From Phormidium sp. (GTDB lineage: Bacteria; Cyanobacteriota; Cyanobacteriia; Cyanobacteriales; Aerosakkonemataceae), in NCBI GenBank assembly GCA_051013385.1, contig CP143273.1, forward strand, positions 1,856,001 to 1,920,000: DNA of 64,000 bases. The letters run 5' to 3'. The translations under genes were made by a program, and so were the position numbers. This document shows, in pieces, positions 1-8,711 of the stretch (the stretch's first letter is position 1; every line of letters starts with the position of its first letter). Below the pieces are notes generated by a model that was not told where the DNA came from, did no database searches, and saw only the letters and a program-made list of their open reading frames with translations.

Positions 1-627
1 TTAATTCTCACTGCCCTCACAATGTTACCATTAGGGGCAATCATGGTATCTCTAGCAATGCCGATCGTCCAAGTAGTTTATCAAAGAGGTGCATTTGATA
101 AACAAGCCTCTCAACTAGTAGCATCGCTATTAATTGTTTACGGCATGGGAATGTTTTTCTACTTAGGGCGAGATGTCTTAGTGCGAGTATTTTACGCCTT
201 GGGAGATGGAGATACACCCTTTAGAATTAGCATCTTTAATATCTTTCTCAACGCCCTCTTAGACTTCATTTTCTTTAAACCTTTTGGCGCACCAGGATTA
301 GTCTTAGCCACAATGGGAGTTAACATCACTTCCATGATTTTTCTCACCTGGAGACTGCATCAGAAACTAAATGGTTTACCCGTGAAAAAATGGGCATTAA
401 AAATTGGTGCTTTAGGTGGTGCTAGCGTCTTTACTGGCGTAATTTCTTGGGGTGTTAGTTGGAGTTTCCAAAGATTTATTCCCAACCAAAACTTGTTAAT
501 TCAACTCTTAGAATTAGCGATCGCCGGATTAGTTGGTTTAGCAGTTTTTGCCTCCTTCGCCATTCAATTGAAATTGCCAGAAGTAGAGCTTTTAGTTCAT
601 CGCATAAACCAGAAACTCGGTAGATAA
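1..627 (+). CDS. murJ: Lipid II flippase MurJ/MviN, 3' part (runs in from the window start)
   Basis: Frame is open from base 1. Multi-TM protein with typical 'YQRGAF', 'RVFYALGDGDTPF' and 'GLVLAT' motifs. Confidence 0.9.
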   Translation, partial: LILTALTMLPLGAIMVSLAMPIVQVVYQRGAFDKQASQLVASLLIVYGMGMFFYLGRDVLVRVFYALGDGDTPFRISIFNIFLNALLDFIFFKPFGAPGLVLATMGVNITSMIFLTWRLHQKLNGLPVKKWALKIGALGGASVFTGVISWGVSWSFQRFIPNQNLLIQLLELAIAGLVGLAVFASFAIQLKLPEVELLVHRINQKLGR

Positions 628-700
628 ACGAATTGGTAACTGGTCATTTGTCAAAAGGTCAGTTTAACTTTGATAATCAGAAGTTGCTAAATAGTAAACC

Positions 701-729
701 ATGACCAATGACCAATGACCAATGACCAA
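701..729. repeat. STRR-type heptamer tandem repeat (ATGACCA)n
   Basis: About 4 copies seen directly. Confidence 0.85.
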
Positions 730-733
730 TATC

Positions 734-1045
734 CTACATATTGCGTTGGAATTCTTCCAAGATATCCATCAAATTTACTTGACTAGCAGTAGGAATCAAA
801 TCTGCTAAAGGAAGATCGCGTTTACCACCAATTTTTACTGGAATATCCTCTAAAATTTGCAACACTTTGCTTTCATCTAAAGAGTTGCTTTCTAGCAGAG
901 GATAGACTCGTTCAGCAACCAAAGTATGCAAATGTGCTTCCCGCAAATAGAGGTGCCATTTGGCAATATCGATATAGACATTATTGCCAATTTCAGCTGC
1001 GAGAGATTCGATCGCTTGTGAAGTATTTGTCTTAGCCATAATCAC
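734..1045 (-). CDS. DUF3181-family cyanobacterial protein
   Basis: 'IESLAAEIG..VYIDIAKWHLYL..AHL' resembles this conserved cyanobacterial family. Confidence 0.75.
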   Translation of the reverse strand: MIMAKTNTSQAIESLAAEIGNNVYIDIAKWHLYLREAHLHTLVAERVYPLLESNSLDESKVLQILEDIPVKIGGKRDLPLADLIPTASQVNLMDILEEFQRNM

Positions 1046-1138
1046 TTACTCTGGTAAAATTGCTCAGAAATCTAGTTTTATCCTATTAAATCAAACTCGA
1101 TTTAGCTGCAACATCCCTGAAAAGTCAGAGAAATTACC

Positions 1139-1423
1139 TTAACCGGAGGAGGATTTAGAAGCAGTTTCATCCGTTACAATTGTGGGTTGAGAGTAATTAG
1201 CGATCGCAAAAATATACAAAGCATGGGCAAACAAAATAGTCGCCCATCCGCCTGTCACCCAAACTGCCCAAGGCCAATCAGCTTTTTGGAAATTATGGAA
1301 AAACCATAACCCGGAATTACTTGCTGCAAAAATTGCTACATGAGTCGCAAAATTCATCCGGTCATCAAGTTTGCGGAAAGCGGGGTCTTTGCGATCGGGT
1401 TTTCGGGGCCAACGAGGAGGCAT
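1139..1423 (-). CDS. 2TM-domain membrane protein
   Basis: 'MPPRWPRKPDR..MNFATHVAIF..SGLWF' with two hydrophobic segments. Confidence 0.75.
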   Translation of the reverse strand: MPPRWPRKPDRKDPAFRKLDDRMNFATHVAIFAASNSGLWFFHNFQKADWPWAVWVTGGWATILFAHALYIFAIANYSQPTIVTDETASKSSSG

Positions 1424-1424
1424 A
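1378..1424. repeat. Direct repeat copy 1 (5' end of the 2TM gene)
   Basis: 45/47 nt identical to 4049-4095. Confidence 0.9.
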
Positions 1425-1461
1425 AAATATTTCTAGTAAGTTGAACAGAGTTACTACTTAT

Positions 1462-2034
1462 CTAAATTGTAGGGTAAGACTGAATAATTCTTTTGATTGA
1501 ACTGATAAAATGATAAAAACTTCGGGAGCGCGTGTTTTCAATATTCAAGTAAGGTGCGATCGCTCTCGATCCGTTTATCTTCTGGTATTCAGGTACAAGC
1601 AATTTCAATTCTTTTGATGGACTCCCAATATCGTCGGGATTTCGGAATTTCTTTTCATTTTGCCGTGACGAAAGATTCGTTTTATTAAATGCTTTTTCCA
1701 CCGCCTCTAAATCAGCAAGATACCAGCTTTCCAGTTCATGGCAGGCAATACGGACAATTGCTTCAAACTTATTTGCTTCTTCGCATTTTTGTTTAAGTTT
1801 CGTTTTAATATCTTGGCAGTCGCCAGAATCTCGATCGCGCAAAATGATAAATGCTGCTTCAGGATTATTGTATCCTTTTAGTTTTCGTGTCATCTGCTTT
1901 TCCAGGTCTTGTTTACCTTCAAAAACTATATATCGAACAACTATATTTATTTCTTCCGCTATTATATTCGGTAAAATTCCTTCAATCATTACTTTTGCCG
2001 ATAGTTCTTCTAGTAAAAAAACAAGCTCTTTCAT
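1462..2034 (-). CDS. DUF4276-family (TOPRIM-like) protein
   Basis: N-terminal 'FLLEE', a DxD motif ('ILRDRD') and 'ELESWYL'. ATGA overlap with the upstream ATPase. Confidence 0.75.
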   Translation of the reverse strand: MKELVFLLEELSAKVMIEGILPNIIAEEINIVVRYIVFEGKQDLEKQMTRKLKGYNNPEAAFIILRDRDSGDCQDIKTKLKQKCEEANKFEAIVRIACHELESWYLADLEAVEKAFNKTNLSSRQNEKKFRNPDDIGSPSKELKLLVPEYQKINGSRAIAPYLNIENTRSRSFYHFISSIKRIIQSYPTI

Positions 2035-3218
2035 AGCGGGTCAGCCCCCTCGAAAAATCCCTGCCGCCAGAGATAACCGAGTTTATCTCCATCATTCATA
2101 TAAGTTTTGATTTGTTCATCATCACTCGCTCGCTTGACAACTGTGTAGCCTCTTTCTTTTTGTAGCCAAAATACCTCTTCAAGTTCGCAACCATTTAAAA
2201 AATCAGGGGAATGAGTCGATACAAAAACTTGCCCTCCCTTGCGTGCATAATCCCTAAATTCTTCAGCAAGTTCGTTCAAAAGTTGAGGGTAAAGCTGGTT
2301 TTCTGGTTCTTCAACGCATAGCAATGGATGAGGTTTCGGATCGTATAAAAGCACTAAATAAGCAAACATCTTGATAGTTCCATCAGAGACATATCGCGCC
2401 AAAAAAGGATCTTGAAAATCGCCGTTTTTAAACCGAAGTAATACCCGCCCTTCTTCAGTAATTTTTGAATCAACTTCACTTATGCCTGGGACTCGCTGTT
2501 TCATTTTTTCAATAATTTTATGGAAAATATCAGGGTGTCTTTTATAGAGAAACTCTGTCACCATTGCTAAGTTTTCACCCTCTTTTGAGAGGTGTTCGGC
2601 ATAACCCGATTCCCTTTCCGGTCGAGCTTGATGAATGTGAAAATCGGAAATATGCCAGTTTTCAAGTAAATCACCAATCGCTTTACTTGCCGGAAATTTT
2701 TCAAATTGTGCTAAACCTTTCAATGCAAGGATATCTGGAGATTTTAACTCGTGGTCTTCTCGTTTTAATTCTTTTGAATCTATAACCCGATCGGGTTCAT
2801 TAATAACAGCCTGTCCCTTCCCTTTGGAAAAATCAAGAAACCGCCAAGGCTGACCTTTACTACCCCTTCGGTATTGGAGAATCTCTTTTTCTATGATAGG
2901 GCGACCATCCTCTTCGTTGATTTTTAAAGAATAGGTAACTAATGGCGATTTATCATCTTGACGAAACTTCAATTCAATTTCTATCGAGCCAGTTGAATTG
3001 CGACTTCTTACTTCCTGAAATCCTTTACCCCCTCCTAATTTGGTTAGGGCAACATGAACGTTATCAGTTAAAGCATCTTTGAGAAAACTGAATACATTAA
3101 AAAGTGTTGTTTTACCCGTGCCATTTGCACCTACAAAAACCCCCATTCTAGGAAGTTTTTTAATTTCAACTTCTCGGAATGCCTTAAAGTTTTTTAGCCG
3201 GATACTTTCTATTTTCAT
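2031..3218 (-). CDS. ABC/AAA_21-type ATPase (no membrane domain)
   Basis: Walker A GANGTGKT, signature 'SDGT', Walker B 'CVEEPEN', H-loop 'STHS'. Confidence 0.9.
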   Translation of the reverse strand: MKIESIRLKNFKAFREVEIKKLPRMGVFVGANGTGKTTLFNVFSFLKDALTDNVHVALTKLGGGKGFQEVRSRNSTGSIEIELKFRQDDKSPLVTYSLKINEEDGRPIIEKEILQYRRGSKGQPWRFLDFSKGKGQAVINEPDRVIDSKELKREDHELKSPDILALKGLAQFEKFPASKAIGDLLENWHISDFHIHQARPERESGYAEHLSKEGENLAMVTEFLYKRHPDIFHKIIEKMKQRVPGISEVDSKITEEGRVLLRFKNGDFQDPFLARYVSDGTIKMFAYLVLLYDPKPHPLLCVEEPENQLYPQLLNELAEEFRDYARKGGQVFVSTHSPDFLNGCELEEVFWLQKERGYTVVKRASDDEQIKTYMNDGDKLGYLWRQGFFEGADPL

Positions 3219-3294
3219 AACTCACCATTTAACGCTATTAGCTCTGTACTTATATTATGAAATTATGGAGCAATCAAAGTTCTCAGAAATAGCA

Positions 3295-3465
3295 CTACTC
3301 AATCCCACTAGCCTGTAATTTCCTAGCCACTCTAATTTCAGCTAAACGTTTTTCATATTTTTGGTTGATCTCCAAAGTAAAATCAGCTAATTCCTTCATT
3401 TGGTGCTCAGTAATTTTAGCCAATTTCAGAAATTCTTTTAATTCCGCTAATTCAGTTTCAGTCAT
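3295..3465 (-). CDS. 56-aa hypothetical protein (below the ORF-track cutoff)
   Basis: Hand translation: MTETELAELKEFLKLAKITEHQMKELADFTLEINQKYEKRLAEIRVARKLQASGIE. Paralogous to its neighbour. Confidence 0.65.
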   Translation of the reverse strand: MTETELAELKEFLKLAKITEHQMKELADFTLEINQKYEKRLAEIRVARKLQASGIE

Positions 3466-3468
3466 GTC

Positions 3469-3642
3469 TTACTCAACCCCGCTAGCCTGTTGTTGCCTAG
3501 CCTCTCTAATTTCGCGCATCCGTTTTTGATATTTGAAAGCGATCGCAGTCGCCAATTCACTCATTTCTCTAGCTTTTATTTCAGCATCTTTAAATACTTC
3601 AAGCATTTCCAGTAATATTTTTTCATCAGGTAATTCTTTCAT
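3469..3642 (-). CDS. 57-aa hypothetical protein (below the ORF-track cutoff)
   Basis: Hand translation: MKELPDEKILLEMLEVFKDAEIKAREMSELATAIAFKYQKRMREIREARQQQASGVE. ATGA-coupled to the upstream gene. Confidence 0.65.
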   Translation of the reverse strand: MKELPDEKILLEMLEVFKDAEIKAREMSELATAIAFKYQKRMREIREARQQQASGVE

Positions 3643-3986
3643 GGTAATCCCCTTAAGAAATTAAGAATCTGTTCAACCCGGTTTTTTCCTTCTAGAACCC
3701 GACCCAGTAAAGTTCCTAGATCTTCTCCAGACTCCTGAATCGTACTTGTTGGCACATCAACTGGCGTGAGAGTTTCAACAATTATTTCGATCTGTCTTCG
3801 AGAAGTGTCTACAAAAAGTAGGAGTGCATTGAGATAAGCCAAATACTGAACGAGTATAACATTCTCAGGAAAGCTGGATATTACTCACATGAGGATATTT
3901 AACCCCTCAGTGGCTTCCTGCTCAATCTCATCTAACTCTCGGTTGAGTCGATCGATTAGTGCTTGAATTTCTGATGGAATAGGCAT
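3639..3986 (-). pseudogene. Helical hypothetical protein with a premature TGA at codon 34
   Basis: ATG at 3986 gives MPIPSEIQALIDRLNRELDEIEQEATEGLNILM*VISSFPENV... in frame with track ORF 3639-3842. The stop is at 3885-3887. Confidence 0.65.
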
Positions 3987-4048
3987 CTGAACTTAATTTT
4001 AGGGGCTGTTCTCAGAAGTTTGATTACTGCGATCGCTTAGTTTAAGGT

Positions 4049-4095
4049 AAGCGGGGTCTTTGCGATCGGGTTTGCGGAGCCAACGAGGAGGCATA
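4049..4095. repeat. Direct repeat copy 2 (truncated 5' end of the 2TM gene)
   Basis: Minus strand encodes MPPRWLRKPDRKDPAYLKLSDR, then diverges at the HIP1 site 4029-4036. Confidence 0.9.
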
Positions 4096-4175
4096 GAAAA
4101 TCTCTAAATAAATGGACAATTGATTTGTTTACCTTAATTTTAAAGTAATATTAATCCCTGATTGGAAACTTCCCC

Positions 4176-5009
4176 TTGGCATCGGACAACATTTGTAAAT
4201 ATCTCACCGAAAAGTACCCAGCACAATTTGTCCGTTGGTTACTTAACAAAGAACCTCAAAATATCCAAGTCCTGAAAACCGAATTAAGCGTCGAACCAAT
4301 TCGCGCCGACAGCCTAATTTTGTTACAAATTGACGAGCAAATACTGCACCTAGAATTTCAAACCTTACCCTACTCCCAACCCCCACTCCCATTTCGGATG
4401 CTGCAATATTGGGTAAGATTGCAAGCACAATTTTGGGGCAAAGAAATAGTACAAGTGGTAATTTTCCTCAAAGAAATCGCCTCCGATGCCGTGTTTACAG
4501 ACTTTTACCAAAGTACTAACATCAGGCATCAATATCGAGTGATTCGTCTGTGGGAACAAGAACCCACACCTTTCTTAGCACAGCCAGCACTTTTGCCGTT
4601 AGCTAGCCTAACTAGAAGTAATGAGCCTAACATTTTATTAGAGCAAGTTGCCAGCCAAATCGCTAGGATTGAAGAAATAGAACAGCGCCGTAATATTTCA
4701 GCCTGTGCTGAAGTTCTCGCTGGTTTACGATTTAATCAAGCTTTAATTCGTCAATTAATTAAAGGGGAATTTATGCGAGAATCTGTGATTTACCAAGAAA
4801 TCCTTCAAGAAGGTGTACAACAAGGAAAGAAACAAGGAGAATTAGCTTTAATAATGCGCCTCCTAAACCGTCGATTCGGTTCGATCGATCCCCAATTACA
4901 AGAAAACCTGGAAAAATTATCCATTTCTCAATTAGAAGAATTAGGTGAATTGTTGTTAGATTTCTCGACAATTTCCCAATTAACTGATTGGTTGGAACGC
5001 CAGGGATAA
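4176..5009 (+). CDS. Rpn-family PD-(D/E)xK nuclease / putative transposase with C-terminal DUF4351
   Basis: 'IRADSL..ILHLEFQ', 'MRESVIYQEIL..EG' and 'LEELGELLLDF..L..WL'. Confidence 0.85.
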   Translation: MASDNICKYLTEKYPAQFVRWLLNKEPQNIQVLKTELSVEPIRADSLILLQIDEQILHLEFQTLPYSQPPLPFRMLQYWVRLQAQFWGKEIVQVVIFLKEIASDAVFTDFYQSTNIRHQYRVIRLWEQEPTPFLAQPALLPLASLTRSNEPNILLEQVASQIARIEEIEQRRNISACAEVLAGLRFNQALIRQLIKGEFMRESVIYQEILQEGVQQGKKQGELALIMRLLNRRFGSIDPQLQENLEKLSISQLEELGELLLDFSTISQLTDWLERQG

Positions 5010-5084
5010 TTAATTTAACCCTAAGAAACCGGGTTTAGTTAACGTGATAAAACCCGGTTTTTGTCATGGTAAGTACGATCGCCA

Positions 5085-5897
5085 TTACCTAGACTGACTC
5101 TCTGCTATTGACTGCACTTGTGCGATCGACAAATCCAACGCCTCTGCAATTTGTTCCACCGTCAAACCTAACGCTAATAACCTTGGTACAGCCTCTAATT
5201 TTGCTTCCTGTTTACCTTCCTGTTTACCCTCTTCCAAACCTTCCTGTTTAATTGATTGATACATCCTTGTTTGCCGAAATTCATCATCTATTAAACCCAA
5301 CATTTCTGCTAATTCCTCCCGACTTAACTGAGTAAGTTTGTACAACAAGATAGTTTCGATTAATTCTAATATTTCTCGCGTAGTGGCTGCATCTTCAATT
5401 TCCTCCCTTGTTTGCAAAATTAATCTTCTCGCCCGTTCAATAGCCGTTTCTTCCCTCTCAACTATTAATTGTACAATGCCAATTCCCAGCGATGTAGTTT
5501 CTCCCAATTCATTTAAGTAAATGCGCCTAACTCGCTGACTATCAATTAATTCTTGATAGGTTGCTAAGTCATCTGTCTCGACACTGCGATTAGGATAAAT
5601 TACAACCACACGCCATAAATTCACCGCCGGATTTTGCCGTAAATAAAGAAAGATTTCGGCGAATAAACGGCGATAAAATGTCCAATCTAATTGAAACTGA
5701 ACTTCTACAAAATAAACTGGTTGTCTAGCAGCATCGGATTTTGGCACAAAAACTCCATCCATCCGAAAAGCAGTTTGCTTGAGTTCCACAGAGGTAAATT
5801 CATAATTTCTCGCCTCGTTGTATTGGCGATCGATCAATTCAAAAAATATCCCCGGAAACTCTTGAAACAACCGATAAAAAAGCGTATCTGTTCTCAA
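5085..5897 (-). CDS. Rpn-family (DUF2887) nuclease / putative transposase
   Basis: 'MRTDTLFYRLFQ', 'SVELKQTAFRMDGVF', 'FVEVQFQ', EGKQ repeats and an HTH-like tail. Confidence 0.85.
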   Translation of the reverse strand: MRTDTLFYRLFQEFPGIFFELIDRQYNEARNYEFTSVELKQTAFRMDGVFVPKSDAARQPVYFVEVQFQLDWTFYRRLFAEIFLYLRQNPAVNLWRVVVIYPNRSVETDDLATYQELIDSQRVRRIYLNELGETTSLGIGIVQLIVEREETAIERARRLILQTREEIEDAATTREILELIETILLYKLTQLSREELAEMLGLIDDEFRQTRMYQSIKQEGLEEGKQEGKQEAKLEAVPRLLALGLTVEQIAEALDLSIAQVQSIAESQSR

Positions 5898-5906
5898 TTT
5901 CTTACC

Positions 5907-6407
5907 TCAATCTGCCCTTTGATAATCTCCCGATTTTCCACCCGTCTTACTAATTAACCGAATCGCCTCTATTTGCATTGATTTTTCCAAAGCTTTCGCC
6001 ATATCATAAAGTGTTAACGCTGCCACAGAAACCGCAGTCAAAGCTTCCATTTCCACACCAGTTTCCGCCTTAGTTTTTACTCTTGCCCGAATTTGATATC
6101 CCGGCAATTCGGAATCTGCGGTAATCTGCACCTCCACCTTTTGCAAAGGTAAAGGATGACAAAGAGGAATTAAGTTAGAAGTCTGTTTCGCTGCCATAAT
6201 TCCCGCTATCCTCGCCGTTCCCAAAACATCTCCTTTGGGGGCATTTCCCGATTCAATTGCCTCCAAAGTCTGCGCTGACATCCGCACCTGCGCCGCTGCG
6301 ACAGCTTCTCTGACAGTGACTTGTTTGGCTGAAACGTCTACCATCCGGGCTTCCCCGCTTGCGTCCAAATGAGTTAAAGAAGAATTTTCGGAAAAGTCTT
6401 GCATCAT
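5907..6407 (-). CDS. moaC: Cyclic pyranopterin monophosphate synthase MoaC
   Basis: '[14 protein letters not shown]', 'LIPLCHP' and 'TGVEMEALT'. The ATG at 6407 is preferred as the start. Confidence 0.95.
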   Translation of the reverse strand: MMQDFSENSSLTHLDASGEARMVDVSAKQVTVREAVAAAQVRMSAQTLEAIESGNAPKGDVLGTARIAGIMAAKQTSNLIPLCHPLPLQKVEVQITADSELPGYQIRARVKTKAETGVEMEALTAVSVAALTLYDMAKALEKSMQIEAIRLISKTGGKSGDYQRAD

Positions 6408-6451
6408 TTTGAAAACCTGTGTTACTATAAGATTCTGTGAGTCAAACACAA

Positions 6452-6525
6452 GGGCTTGTAGCTTAGCGGATTAGAGCGTGTGGCTACGGACCACAAGGTC
6501 GGGGGTTCGATCCCCTCCAAGCCCG
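6452..6525 (+). tRNA. tRNA-Arg(ACG)
   Basis: Acceptor stem GGGCTTG/CAAGCCC, anticodon arm TGTGG-CT-ACG-GA-CCACA, T-loop GGTTCGATCC. Confidence 0.95.
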
Positions 6526-6665
6526 TCTCTGAAGGATAAAGGATTAACTCCTTTATCCTTTATTTTTTCAGCTATTGGTCATTGGTCATTAGTCATTTGT
6601 AATAACCAATAATCAATGACTAATAGACATCTCCAGAAATTAAAGGTGCGTTACCACTGAACCCT

Positions 6666-6695
6666 TGTAGAGACGTTGTATACAACGTCTCTACA
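6666..6695. repeat. Dispersed palindromic repeat TGTAGAGACGTT..AACGTCTCTAC (also about 24474, 40511, 58719)
   Basis: Four near-identical palindromic copies in the window. Confidence 0.85.
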
Positions 6696-6712
6696 ATTGA
6701 CTTGTAACAATA

Positions 6713-7735
6713 CTATTGTTGAGTATTGTGTGCGATCGCATCCACCACTTCCCTCACCCGATAGATCGGTCTTCCTTGAGATTCATGGTAAGTTCGCATT
6801 AACAATTCCGCCAACAATCCGAAACTAAATAATTGCACGCCAGCTAATAACAACACAACTGCTAAAACCAATAAGGGACGATTACCAATTTCTTCTCCTA
6901 ATACTAACTTGACAAAAGTCAGATAACTTCCAATTGTAATTCCCGCAAACATGGAAATTAAACCCAACCATCCAAAAACGTGCATGGGACGGGTGAGAAA
7001 CTTCTTCATAAACCAAATAGTTAACAAATCCATTAATACCCGAAAAGTTCGCCCTAAACCGTACTTACTTTGACCAAAACGACGCGCATGATGACGTACA
7101 GGAATTTCGGTAATTCTGGCACCTTCAATGTAAGCTAGTGCAGGTAAAAAGCGATGTAATTCGCCGTAAAGGTTCATGTCTGCAACTAGTTCGGAACGGT
7201 ATGCTTTTAAAGAGCAACCATAATCATGTAATTTTACACCTGTAACTTTGCCAATTAACCAATTAGCAATTTTAGAAGGTAGCAGTCGATTTAAAGCAGC
7301 ATCTTGGCGATTTTTTCGCCACCCACTCACTAAATCATAACCTTCTTCCAGCTTGGCGATTAATAAGGGAATATCGGCGGGGTCGTTTTGCAAATCGCCA
7401 TCTAAAGTAACAACAACCTGTCCTTTAGCATAGTTGAAACCTGCTGCCATTGCCGCAGTTTGACCGTAATTTCGTCTGAGTAAAACTGCCCTTAAATCTG
7501 TTCTTAGTATGGCTTGTTCGCGGAGTAGTTGGGTAGAACCATCTTTGGAACCATCATCTACTAAAATTATTTCGTAGCTGAGTCCTGAATTTGTTAGGGA
7601 ATTAGCGATCGCATCAATCAAATGCGGTATACTTTCCACTTCATTATAAATCGGCACTACTACCGATACATTTAATTGATAGGGAAAAGCATTCTGCCGA
7701 ACAGTGTTTTGGTAAATTATCGCAGTCATGATCAC
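6713..7735 (-). CDS. GT2 polyprenol-phosphate glycosyltransferase (ArnC/GtrB-like)
   Basis: 'VVVPIYNE', 'VDDGSKDG', 'LDGDLQND' and two C-terminal TM helices. Confidence 0.9.
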   Translation of the reverse strand: MIMTAIIYQNTVRQNAFPYQLNVSVVVPIYNEVESIPHLIDAIANSLTNSGLSYEIILVDDGSKDGSTQLLREQAILRTDLRAVLLRRNYGQTAAMAAGFNYAKGQVVVTLDGDLQNDPADIPLLIAKLEEGYDLVSGWRKNRQDAALNRLLPSKIANWLIGKVTGVKLHDYGCSLKAYRSELVADMNLYGELHRFLPALAYIEGARITEIPVRHHARRFGQSKYGLGRTFRVLMDLLTIWFMKKFLTRPMHVFGWLGLISMFAGITIGSYLTFVKLVLGEEIGNRPLLVLAVVLLLAGVQLFSFGLLAELLMRTYHESQGRPIYRVREVVDAIAHNTQQ

Positions 7736-7748
7736 TCCTCAAAAATTT

Positions 7749-8711
7749 TCAACTGCAATTCTCTTTGGCAAAGATTAGTTGGGAAAAACTTCCTAATCCA
7801 GCGCCAGCAGTTTCCGCCAGAATACTAATTAAGCGGTATAAAGCAACAGTGGCTAACATTATAGCGGGAGAAAAAGTGGAACCTAAAATTGTGAGTATTG
7901 TAGCTTCAAATACTCCCAGTCCTCCGGGTGCTCCAGGAACTATTAAACCCAAAAGCCAAGCTAAACTAAAAGCTGTGAACAGTAAAGGTATTTTACTCGG
8001 TTCGATCGCACTCAGCGCCCTTAAGGTTAACAAAAACCCTGTCCCCCTTAATCCCACAAAGCAGATTTCTCCCAGCAAAGGTGTTAAAGGATAACTTGCA
8101 ACTGGCAAAGCAGTTCCCTCAACATTTACTGAACCAGACTTTTGTTTTAACTTACTCAGCTTTTGAATCACTGGGTTTAAAATTCGCGGATGAATAGCTA
8201 TTAAGACTACCACTAATCCTAAAAGTTGCCAACCTAAAAAAGAGATATTTCTCGATACAATGAATGGAATGCCAATAAAGGTAACAAGCAAAGCGCTAGC
8301 TGCCATTAACAAAGGTTCTAATAATACAGCAACAGTGGCTATTTTTAGCGAAATACCTTCTTGTTTAGCGGCGACAATGCGACCATAGAAATGCCAAACA
8401 TTTCCCGGAATATACTTAGCAATGTTCGTTTTTAGGTAAACAGGAATTCCCCAAGTTGCGGTAATTGGTTGTTTAAGATGATGAAAAATCCACACCCAAA
8501 CCCAAGCCGACCAAATATGTGCTAGTAAGGTGATGGTAAATGCGATAGCTAAAATTCCCCATCCCGTAGCATTAATTCTAATTGCCGCCACTCCCGCCGC
8601 ATGATCTTTCAATTGTTGCACCAGAAAAAACAGCGTCCCCCCCAAAATCACCCACCGCAAATAAGGCTTAAATTTTGCATATCCTTGTTTAATAAACTTG
8701 GTTATTCTCAT
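7749..8711 (-). CDS. UPF0104 / LPG-synthase TM-domain (flippase-like) membrane protein
   Basis: 'KYIPGNVW' and 'PGAPGGLGVFE'. ATG at 8711 overlaps the upstream stop (TAATG). Confidence 0.8.
   Translation of the reverse strand: MRITKFIKQGYAKFKPYLRWVILGGTLFFLVQQLKDHAAGVAAIRINATGWGILAIAFTITLLAHIWSAWVWVWIFHHLKQPITATWGIPVYLKTNIAKYIPGNVWHFYGRIVAAKQEGISLKIATVAVLLEPLLMAASALLVTFIGIPFIVSRNISFLGWQLLGLVVVLIAIHPRILNPVIQKLSKLKQKSGSVNVEGTALPVASYPLTPLLGEICFVGLRGTGFLLTLRALSAIEPSKIPLLFTAFSLAWLLGLIVPGAPGGLGVFEATILTILGSTFSPAIMLATVALYRLISILAETAGAGLGSFSQLIFAKENCS

Noticed and set aside
6452..6525. tRNA-Arg or tRNA-Ser as prophage or island attachment sites
   Set aside because: I saw no duplicated tRNA 3' end and no tyrosine integrase in the window.
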